This document shows, piece by piece, positions 24,101 to 36,100 of a stretch of 64,000 bases of DNA. The DNA is from Chrysemys picta bellii. Its lineage: Eukaryota. A program made the translations under genes and the position numbers. The notes beneath the pieces were generated by a model, which was not told the origin of the DNA, searched no databases, and was given only the letters and a program-made list of their open reading frames with translations. Where the stretch lies: assembly GCF_011386835.1 (NCBI RefSeq), contig NC_088797.1:30194001-30258000 (forward strand). Direction: 5' to 3'. Numbering within the stretch: the first letter of the stretch is position 1; every line of letters begins with the position of its first letter.

Positions 24101-27100
24101 CTAGGAGAGGCTCCGTGACCGCCCCTGTGTGGCTCTTCCGGCTGTCCTGGCAGTGTTGCCCTTGGCCAGGCGCCCTGCATGTCTCCACAGCAGCCTCTCA
24201 TCGATGCCCAGCGCTGCCAGCACCTGGGAGAAGCGCCGCTCCACAGCCAGGCGAGCATTGGTCTGTGAGGTGAGAGGCAGGGACATCATTCACATCACCC
24301 ACAGAACGGAGCTGGGCTCAGGCTGCCCACCCCACTGCCCACACTTGAACCTCTCCCAGCTGAGCTAGCAGGGATCTACTATAGCCAAGAGAGCAATAGG
24401 AGTTCACAACCAGGAATAAAATCCAGGCACCCTGGCTCCCGGCCTCCCTGCTCTAACCACTAGACTCCCCTCCCAGAGCTGAAGATAGAACTGAGGAGTC
24501 CTGGGTGCCAGTTCCCCCTGCTCTAACCATTAGACCCCACTTCCCTCCTAGAGCCAGAGATGGAACCCAGGAGTCCTGGACTCCCAGCCTCCTCCCCCTG
24601 CTCTAACCCACCAGCTCCCACTCCTTTCTCACCTGCATGACACGCTCAAAGAGGTAGGGGCGGCTCTCCACCCTCTCTTGGATCTCCCGCAGCTGGGCAT
24701 CGTACTCTGTCATGCGCTGCTGCTCCAGCCTCCTAGAGCAACAGCACAGAGAGGTAACAGAGGGGTAGCCGTGTTAGTCTGAATCTGTAAAAAGCAACAG
24801 AGGGTCCTGTGGCACCTTTGAGACTAACAGAAGTACTGGGAGCATAAGCTTTCGTGGGTAAGAACCTCACTTCTTCAGATGCAAGATCTGAAGAAGTGAG
24901 GTTCTTACCCTCGAAAGCTTATGCTCCCAGTACTTCTGTTAGTCTCAAAGGTGCCACAGGACCCTCTGTTGCTTAGCACAGAGAGGGTGACTGCAGCAAA
25001 TCCCACCCCCAATCCCTGCCCCCCCTTCAGTGCCCATTCACAAGGACACTCAGGGATCTGCTGGATCCTCTGCCCCAGGGCACTGGCTGTACTGGGGAAA
25101 TATTACTGCCCACCAGGATCAGAACAGATACCCCAATCCCAACACCTAGGCCCCAGGTCCTTTAGGATCTGGTCCAGTAGAGTTGGAGGATCCAGGGGGA
25201 ACTATAGGGTCTGGGAGAACCAGGGGATCTATAGCTGCTGGGCCATTGGGGCTGGGAGATGCAAGAGGCTCTGTGAAGTCTGGGAAATCGTGGGAGATCT
25301 ATAGGGTATGAGAGATCTGGAAGCTCTATAGGGCCTGGGTGAGGGGAGGACTGGGTGATCCTGCAGGATCGTTGGGTTTAGATCAGAATCTGAAATCTGC
25401 CCATTAAGCTTATCTCAAATCTTCCTTTTTCACTTAATGACAGGTTTCAGAGTAGCAGCCGTGTTAGTCTGTATCCTCAAAAAGAATAGGAGTATTTCCG
25501 AAGAAGTGGGTTGTAGCCCACGAAAGCTTATGCTCTAATAAATTTGTTAGTCTCTAAGGTGCCACAAGTACTCCTGTTCTTTTTCACTTAGGTAATTTAA
25601 CACCTGTCCCAGTCACATGGCTCCTCAGTTTCAGCCCAGCACTCCTGCAATGTCTGAGCCCAGGAGTCCTCAGGGGTCTTTGTGTGTGTCACTGTTGGTG
25701 TCCGTGTGGTGTGTAGAGTGTGGATGTGTGTCCAAGTGTGTTTGTGTCGGTATAGGTGTTGGTGTAGTTGTGTGTATTATGTGTGTGTCTGGGCATTGGG
25801 GGGGTGTCTGTATGTAGGTTTTATGTCTGGGTGTCAGTGTGTCTGCATGTTTGTGTGTCAGGGTGTTCAGGGTATGTGTGTTGGGGGGTGTCGTGAATGT
25901 TTGTGGAAGTCGGTGTGTCTGTATGTTGGGGTGTGTGTGTCAGGCTGCCTGGATGTCAAGGGGTGTTGGGGTGTCTGGGTGTCAGCGTGTTAGGAGGGAA
26001 TCTGAATGTTGGTATGTCTGGACGTTGGTGGTGGTCAAAGTGTCTGGGAGTTGGTGTGTGTGTGTGGAGGGATTAGAGAGGGGTGTTGGTTTGTCTGGAA
26101 TTGGGAGGTGTCAGGGTGTCGGAATGTGTGTGTCAGTGTCTTTGCATGCATCCGAAGAAGTGGGCTGTAGTCCACGAAAGCTTATGCTCTAATAAATTTG
26201 TTAGTCTCTAAGGTGCCACAAGTACTCCTGTTCTTCTTTTTTCAGTGTCTTTGGTTGTCAATGTGAAAAATCAGTGTGTTGGGGTGTCAGGGGAGGGTAC
26301 CAGAGAAAGGTGTCAGACTGTCTGGGTGTCAATGTATTGGGCTGATGTTTCGGTGTTGTTGTGTCTGAGTATTGGGAGGGGCGGGGTATGGGAGGTGTTG
26401 TGGAAGTCGGCATGTTTAGGTGTCAGCAGGGAGATAGTGTGTATGGGTGTAGCTGTATAGGGGTGTGTCAGCGTGTAGTGGGTGTCTGAGTGTTGGCGGA
26501 GTCAGGGAGTCTCGTGTCAGCATAGCCAGGGCATATCTTTACCAGATGTTTCCATGCTGACAGTCTCTCACTCTTGGTTTATGTGTGTGTGTGTGTGTTT
26601 TTTTAACTCCTAATTTTTTTAACTCCCACTTTTGGGCCCCATTCACCGTAAGACCCAGTCAGAAGAGGAGCAGGATTTTTGTGGGGAACCAGCCACACCT
26701 AGTGGTTAATAACAATAATAAATACTAAATAGCTATTGATCACCATTATTAATAATTACTACATCTATATTAAATAGGGTGACTAGATGTCCCAATTTTA
26801 TAGGGACAGTCCCAATTTTTGGGTCTTTTTATTATATAGGTTCCTATTACCCCCCACAGCCCCGTCACAATTTTTCACATTTGCTGTCTGGTCACCCTAA
26901 TATTAAATAACGAAGATAAAATACTATTGATAATCATTAATACTACAATATTAATCACTATTATAAATAATTATTCAATTAATATTCATGCTAAAGGAGT
27001 ACTCAAGGACGAGAAGGCCATTGTGGAGAAACTAAATGAATTCTTTGCATCAGTCTTTACGGCTGAGGATATGAGGGAAATACCCAAACCTGAGCCATTC

Positions 27101-30100
27101 TTTTTAGGTGACAAATCTGAGGAATTGTCCCAGATTGAGGTGTCATTAGAGGAGGTTTTGGAACAAATTGATACATTAAGGAACAGATGGTATTCATCCA
27201 AGAGTTCTGAAGGAACTCAAATATGAAATTTCAGAATTACTAACTGTGGTATGTAACCTATCATTTAAATCAGCTTCTGTACCAAATGACTGAAGGATAA
27301 CTAATGTGACGCCAATTTTTTAAAAGGGCTCCAGAGGTGATCCCGGCAATTACAGGCTGGTAAGCCTGACTTCAGAACTGGGCAAACTATAGTAAAGAAT
27401 AGAATTGTCAGACACATAGATTAATATAATTTGTTGGGGAAGAGTCACCTTGCCAAATGCTCTTAAACAAAGTAAACTGTCGTGGGATAAGAGGGAAGGT
27501 CCTCTCCTGGATCAGTAACTGGTTAAAAGATAGGAAACAAAGGGTAGGAATAAATAGTCAGTTTTCAGAATGGAGAGAGGTAAATAATGGTGTCCCCAAG
27601 GGGTCTGTACTGGGCCCAGTTCTATTCAACATTTTCATAAATTATCTGGAAAAAGGGGTAAACAGTGAAGTGGCAAAATTTGCAGATGATATAAAACTAC
27701 TCAAGATAGTTAAGTCCAAAGCAGACTCCAAAGAGTTACAAAAGGATCTCACAAAACTGAGTGACTGGGCAACAAAATGGCAGATTAAATTCACTGTTAA
27801 TATATGCAAAGTCATACACACTGGAAAACATAATTCCAACTATATATATAAAATGATGGGGTCTAAATTAGCTGTTACTACTCAAGAAAGAGATCTTGGA
27901 GTCATTGTGGAGAGTTCTCTGAAAACATCCGTTCAATATGCAGCAGCAGTCAAAAAAGCTAATGATGTTGGGAATCATTAAGAAAGGGAAAGATAACAAA
28001 ACAGAAAATATCATATTGCTGCTATATAAATCCATAGTACGCCCACATCTTGAATATTGTGTGCATATGTGGTCACCCCATTTCAAAAAAGATATATAGG
28101 AACTGGAAAAGGTTCAAAAAAGGGCAACAAAATGATTAGGGGTATGAAACAGCTTCCATATGAGGAGAGATTAATAAGATTGGCACTTTTCAGCTTGGAA
28201 AAGAGACGACTAAGGGGAGATATTATAGAGGTCAATAAAATCATGACTGGTGTGGAGAAAATAAATAAGGAAGTGTTATTTACTCCTTCTCATAACACAA
28301 GAACTAGGGATCACCAAATGAAATAATAGGCAGCAGGTTTAAAACAAACAAAAGGAAGTATTTCTTCACACAATGCACAGTGAACTTGTGAAACTCTTTG
28401 CCAGAGGATGTTGTAAAGGCCAAGACTATAAAAGAACTAGATAAGTTCATGGAGGATAGGTCCATCAATGACTATTAGCTGGGATGGGCAGGGATGGTAT
28501 CCATAGCCTCTGTTTGCCAAAAGCTGGGAATGGGCGACAGGGGATGATCACTTGATGATTACCTGTTCTGTTCATTCCCTCTGGGGCACCTGGCATTGGC
28601 CATTGTTGGAAGACAGGATTCTGGGCTAGATGGACCTTTGGTCTGACTCAGTATGGCCGTTCTTATGTTCTTAATATTTGTAACAAATATTAAATTAATA
28701 TTGATTAGTATCCATAACTACAAACTACTATTATTCTCTATTAAAATATCAAAATATTGTTTAGTACTGTTCATAAATACTAAATTAATATCAATCATTC
28801 ATCAATACTAAATATTAGTTACTATTAAGAGACAAAAGATGAGTTGTGGGACAACAGATAAAGTGGTGGAGGCTTGTGGATAGGGAAGTTAGTCTGAGAT
28901 TTAAGGATTCTATGGAGGTAAGACAATGACCAAACCAACAGTGATGATACTAACAAGATTTTGGAGAAAATATCCAAACTTATTAAAAAAGTACACAAGC
29001 TGTCTGTGGCCTAACAAAAGAAAGAAAATATGGCAAGGAGCTGTGGTGATGGTCCATTAATGTGTAGAAGGCAGTAAAGAAGGAAAGGTTGAAGCGATGG
29101 CAGAAAGTAAGAACAGGGGAAAGTTATGAGGAATACAAGCGGGTAAAGAAAAGGGTGAAAAGAGCAGTTGTGGAAGCTAAGAGTCAGGCATTTTAGAGCC
29201 TTATATGCACACCTACTAACAAAGAAAGGTGGAAAAGAAATATTAGATTCGCCACAATTAAGCAAAGAAGCAAAGCAAAGAAACAGAGGACTTGGAAGCT
29301 GTGAAGTGTGTCAAAGATGAAAATGGAAAAGTACTGCTGGAAGACGGTGGAATCATTAGGAGATGGAAGTAGTTTTATGAGAAACTGTTAAATGAAGAGA
29401 ATGTGATGAAAACATTGAGGGAAGTATCCACAAGCAGTAACCTCACAGGACCTATCAGTATGATGGAGACGCAGACAGCGCTAAAGATGATGAAGCTTGG
29501 GCAGGCAATGGGACTGGCCAGTGTCCCAATCAAGCATTTAAAGCATTAGGCCATGAGGGAGTGGGATCAATGACAAACTTCTTCAACTTAATTCTCTGTC
29601 CTGGGAAAAAGCCTGAGGTGTGGAGCAAGAGCACATTGGTCCCTAACTTTATTCATAAAGGAGATGTGCAAGAATATAGTCGTTACCAACCCGTCATTGT
29701 AACGAGTCACATGAGGAGCTGGCTGGAAAGAATTATCGACAAAAGACTTTGGGAGAAGCTCTGCATCAAATAAGCAACAACCCGTTTGGGTTTATGCCAG
29801 GAAGGCTAACAATGAACGCAGTGTTTGCTGCCCAAATATTGTAGGAGATGTACAGGGAAATAACAGTATGTTCTGTTGTGAAGATAAATACAACTGGAAA
29901 GGGACCTAAGAGCACTGCATTAGAAGAAAATGGCTTACAAATCAGCCAGCAAAAAACAGAATGTTTTGTTGAGTGCGACAATGAAAAGCCAGTAAAATTA
30001 GGTGGTACAAAGTATGTGCAATAATTTAAATACCTTGGTTTAGTGCACTGCTGAGCCATGATGGGAATATAGATGCAGATGTTAGGAGCTACATGAAGAG

Positions 30101-33100
30101 CGCTTGGTATAAATGGAGGAAGTTGACAGGAATTATCTTCTATACAAATATGCCAAGTATTCAAAAGAGCAAAGTGTGTAGGATCATGTTTAGGCCAGCT
30201 ATGACGTATGGGTCGGAATAATTGCCAATGAGGAAGAGAGAAGAACAACTACTTCACACTGCCACTGCCAAAGCTCAGGTGGACACTGGGTAAGAGGAGA
30301 GCTATTAGGCTATGCAGTGAAACAGTACAGGCCATGATGCAGGTAGCCACCATCACAGAAAAGCTGAGGGAGTATCAACTGAGATGGCTGGGACATGTGA
30401 GACAACGAGATGTGTGATATGGTAGCCAGAGACAAGAACGACTAGTCACAGGACAAAGACCATAAGGAAGACCTAGAAAAAGATGGTTAGAGATGTTGAA
30501 GGAGGAGATGAAGCAGGTTTTTGTCAGCTTGGAAGACCCACTTGACAAGAACACTTGGAGATGAGGGTCAAGAGCTGCTGATCCTGAGTGATGGGACAAA
30601 GCGAAAGAGAAGACGAATAGATACTTAGCTCTTCTATAGTATTTTTCATCAGTAGATCTCAAAGTGCTTTATAAAAGCGGTTGGTATCGTTATCCCCATT
30701 TTACAGATGGAGAAACTGAGGCACAGAAAGGTGAAGTGGCTTCCTCAAGGTCACCCATCAGGCCATTTGCAGAGCCATGAATAGAACTCAGGTCTCCTGA
30801 GTCCCAGTCCAGTACTCTACCCAAGAGTATGCACTGAATACTAACATATATTGTAATGTTAATAAATATTAAATTAATATGATCATAAATACTAAATATT
30901 ACTACTACTAATTACTAAATATAAATTACTATTGTTAATAAATGTTAAAATATCAGTAGTTCCTGACTACTAAGTTAATATCACTATTAACAATTACTAA
31001 ATTAATACTGAGAGAGACAAGCTGGGTGATGTAATATCTTTTAAAGGACCAAATTCGGTTGGTTACCTGACCCAGCTTGTCTCTCTCATATCCTGAGACC
31101 AACATGGCTACAATAACACAGCAAACAATAAATTAATACTAACGACTATGTTTAAAAATATGATGTGAATCATGATTTATATTCATAAATAATATTCATC
31201 GCTATTAAGAATAGGAATATATTCACTAAAGCAGTTAATATTAAAATTAATATAAATAATTCATAGATACGAAATATCTATATTAATAATTATAGACTCA
31301 TAGACTTTAAGGTCAGAAGGGACCATCGTGATCATCTAGTCTGACCTCCTGCACATGGCAGGCCACAGAACCTCATCCACCCACTCCTGTAATAGATGCT
31401 TAACCTCTGGTTGAGTTACTAAAGTTCTCAAATCATGGTTTAAAGATTTCACGTACAGAGAATTCACCATTTCAACTAGTTTAAACCTGCAAGTGAACTG
31501 TGCCCCACGCTGCAAAGGAAGGTGAAAACTACCAAAGGTCTCTGCCAATTCCCAAATATGGCAATCAGTCAGACCCTGAGCATATGGCCAAGATTCGCCA
31601 GGCAGATATCTGGGAAAGAATTCTCTGTACTAACTCCGAGCCCTCCCCTTCTAGTGTCTCATCTCCAGCCATTGGGGATTTTTGCTACTGGCAGTCACAG
31701 ATGGGCCACATGCCATTGTAGGCAGAGTCCCATCATACCATCTCTTCCATAAAATTATCAAGCTCAGTCTTGAAGCCAGTTAGATATTTTGCCCCCACTG
31801 CTCCCCTGGGAAGGCTCATCCAGAACTCCACTCCTCTGATGGTTAGAAACCTTCACCTAATTTCAAGCCTAAACTTGTTGATGGCCAGTTTACATCCATT
31901 TGTTCTTGTATCCACACTGGTGCTTAACTTAAATAGCTCTTCTCGCTCCCTGATATTTATCCCTCTGATGTATTTGTAGAGAGCAATCATATCTCCCTCG
32001 GCCTTCTTTTGGTTAGGCTAAACAAGCCAAGGTCTTTTATTTCCCTCTCATAATGTAGGTTTTCCATTCTTTGGATCATCCTAGTAGCCCTTCTCTGTAC
32101 CTGTTCCCTTTCTTAAAGATGGGAGACCAGAATTGCACACAGTATTCCAAATGAGGTATCACCAGTGCTTTGGATAATGGTACTAACACTTCCCTGTTTC
32201 TACTGGAAATACCTAGTCTGATGCTTCCTAGGACTGCATTAGCCTTTTTCACAACCGTATTACATTGATAGCTCATAGTCATCCTGTGATCAACCAATAC
32301 ACCCAGGATTTTTCTCTTCCTCCGTTGCTTCCAACTGATAAGTCCCTGGGTCTAGCTTTTAGCAAAAATTCTTGTTGTTAGTCCCTAAATGCATGACCTT
32401 GCACTTTGCACAATTAAATTTCATCGCTTTTCTATTACTCCAGTCTACAAGGTCATCGAGAGCTTTTTGTCTGATATTCCGGTCCTCCTCAGTATTGGCA
32501 ATACCTCCCAAATTTGTGTCATACTCAAATTTTATTAGCACACTCTCACTTTTTGTGCCATGGTTAGTAATAATAATTTTAAATAAGATTGGTCCCAAGA
32601 CCGATCCCTGGGGAACTCCACTAGTAACTTCCCTCCAGCCTGACAGTTCACCTTTCAGTATGACCTCTTTGTAGTCTCCCCTTTAAGCAGTTCCTTATCC
32701 ACCTTTCAGTTCTCATATTAATCTCCATCTTCTCCAATTTAATTAATAATTGTTCATGTGGAACTGTATCAAATGCCTTACTGAAATCTAGGTAGATTAG
32801 ATCTACTGCCTGTCCTTTGTCTAAAATATCAGTTAACTTCTCAAAGAAGATTGGTCTGGTATGATCTACCTTTTGTAAAGCCATGTTGTATTTTATCCCA
32901 ATGACCATTCATCTCTATGTCCTTAACTACATTCTCTTTCAAAATTTGTTCAAAGACCTTGCATATAATTGAGGTCAAACTAACAGGCCTGTAGTTTCTT
33001 TTGCCCTTGCTTAAAAATAGGAACCATATTAGCAATTATCCAGTCATAGTGTTAATATTAAATATTGATCATTCATAAATACTAAATATTATTACTCTAT

Positions 33101-36100
33101 TATGAATGCAAAAATATTAATGTATATGGTTCATAAATATTATGTTAATAATGATCATTGATAGACACTGGGTTAATATCACTATTAACAAATACTACTT
33201 GCTTATAATTAATTTGTGTTATTATTATTATGATTAATTATTATTATTAGTAGTAGTATTGTTATTATTAATAATAATAATCATCATGTTTATTATGGTA
33301 GTGCCTAAGGGCCAACCAAGGTCGGACCCCATTTTGCAAAGCACTCATCTAACACCAAGTAGCAGATGGTCCCTGCCCTGAAAAGTTTACAGTCTACATA
33401 GACCAGACAGACACAGGTTGGGGGAAAGGGTGTAACACACAAGCAGAGTGAACACTGTGATTAATTAATAATTGAATATTAATGTGTGTGGGGGTATGTG
33501 TGAAATGTCATTGAGGCTGGTGAGAGTGGCTGCTACCCTTTATTTAAGATAGCAGAAAGAGACAGTAAAGCACCACTCCCAGTACAACAAAGGCAGTTGT
33601 GCGTTTGCCCAGGGATTGGAACAATGTGGGCAGATGGTTTTGGTTAGGCATGGACCACGTGTGTGGCTTACTTTACACTACAAAGTTGTGCCGTCATAGC
33701 TCTGTTGGCTAGGAGTGCGAAAAAAACCACACTCCCTGGCTCACATAGCTGTGCCAGCAACGCTTCTGGTGTAGACACAACTATACTGACACAAGAGCGC
33801 TTCTGTAGATTTAGGGCTGGTCTACAGTAGACAATTAGATTGACCAAATTATATCACTAAGTGACGAAGTTAAGCCGACTTAACCCCCAGTGGAGACAAC
33901 ACTGGTTCGATGGAAGAATTCTTCCACTGACCTAGCCACCACCTCTCAGGGAGGTAGATTTGCTACAGTGACCGGAGAATCCCTCCCATCACTGTACTAA
34001 GGGCTAGTTTACACTATAAGTGCCACATCAGCGCAGCTGCGCCGCTGTAGCACGTCTGGTGAAGACGCTCTATGCCGACGGGAGAGAGCTCTCCCATCGG
34101 CATTATAACTCCACCTCCATGAGAGGCGCCAACATAGCGCTGTCCGCACCGGCGCTTAGGTTGGTATAATTTACGTCACTCAGGGATGTGGATTATTCAC
34201 ACCCTGAGTGATGTACGTTATATTGAAGTAAATGGTAGTGTAGACAAGGGCTAAGTGTTTATGCTGAAGCACTACAGCAGGGCAGCTGCAGCACTGCTGT
34301 AGGTTTTTAAGTGTAAACATAGCCCTAGCTAATGTCATTCAGGGAGATGGTGTAGCTATGCTGGTGGAACTCCTTCTGCTGACCTACACTGCATCTCCAT
34401 TAAGGGGCTCTACCAGGATAGCTATGCTGCTATACTATGCCAGCAAAACATTCGCAGTGTAGACAGGCCCTATACCCGTGTATGCGTAAGAGAAGCAAAA
34501 GAGACCACACAGGAAGACAGACACAGACTCAGCCCAGACAAGCACGGTGTAGGACCCAGAGAGAAGCCTGAAGAGGCTTGAGGACTTCTGGGCCTGGTGC
34601 TACTGAAGAGGCTTGGGGCTGTGAGCAAATAAACTACCTCCTGTTTGGTTCCTCCTGTGTTCAAGGAAACAGGACTTTGTACAATCTTTGTTAAAAAACA
34701 GAATTGCACCCCAAAAAATAAATAAATAAATACCTGACTCCATCATCAATTTCTCCTCCTAACTGGAACAACTCACACCACCCTGAATTTGGCTAACTGC
34801 TCACATCAAAAGAAGTAGCAATTAACTACTACTGTTACCAAATATTAAATTAATATGATTCACCATTAAAATACTAACTGATATTAATCACTAACATTTA
34901 TTACTAAATTAATATTAGCTGCTATTTTTAATAAATATTGAAATAATACTGATCACCCTTAACACTAAATTTCTAATAATCACTAATATTTAAAAGTACT
35001 ACATTAATATGAACTGTTGTGAAACAATTACATTAATATTGATCACCATTATTAGCATTACATTAAAATAAATCAATATTATTTATTACTGAATTAATAT
35101 AGGCTACCACTGATAATTATGCATGTTGATTTAATATTGATCACTGTTAATAACCATACATTATTATTACATTTATTAATACATTATTTTAAATTGTTGT
35201 TGGTTATAATCAATATTAAATTATTGTGTATCTATATTATGAACAATTATTACAATTAATTATTAGTATTTTATCAAGCCCACTGATTTCAAGAAGGCCA
35301 CTTATGTGAGAAAAGTTACACATAAATAGAAGTGTTCTCTAGATCGTTATTATTAGGTGTATCGGTATCTAGAGGCCCTGACCAAGATTGTGGCCCCTGT
35401 TGTACCAGGTGCTGCACAGACACACAGGGTCTGTCTACTATGCAACTGGGAAGTGTGACTGCAGAATATGTAGCCAGGCCTGAGCTAGCTGATCCAGCTA
35501 GCGTGCTAAAAATAGAAGTACAGTCATGGCCGCACAGACGGTGGAACAAGCTAGCTACCCAAGTACAAACATACCCAGGGTTCTGAGTGGGATTGTACTT
35601 GGCTGCTAATCTGTGCTGCCACGGCTACACAGCTATTGTTAGCATGCTAGCTGGATCAAAGGTAGTTCAGGTATTTCTACATGTTCTGCAATCACACCTC
35701 TCAATTGCACTGTAGACAGCCTCCCAGTGAGAGCCGGTCTCTGCCCCAGTGAGCTGCCATTCTAAACAGACAAAGGGGCAGAGAGCAAACTGAGGTTCAG
35801 AGTGGAAAAAGGGACTTGCTGAAGTACAGTGGTAGAGATGGGAGCACAACCCAGGTGTTCCGAGCACCCGTCCTCTGCCCTATCTACTGACAATTGATTC
35901 CTATAAGAGAGGGTAGGGGGCCATGGGTCAGATTTAAGGGGCACCGTCAGAACTTCGGGGGAGCCCAAGGCTGGGCTAGCAGGGGGCTGAGGGTCAGGAT
36001 TGAGAGGCACCAGCAGCACCATGTGGTGGTTTCCACACTCCTCTCTCTCTCACACCAGGCTACTCCCTTCTTCCCCTCTCTGTTACCTCAGCTCTTCCCT

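Noticed and set aside
31009-31088. Inverted repeat GAGAGAGACAAGCTGGGT...ACCCAGCTTGTCTCTCTC as another ribozyme
   Set aside because: It resembles a Penelope-type terminus, but no hammerhead core is present in this copy.
26927-33035. RT-like ORFs as an active retroelement or domesticated gene
   Set aside because: All CR1 and RTE frames are 5'-truncated and broken by stops and frameshifts.
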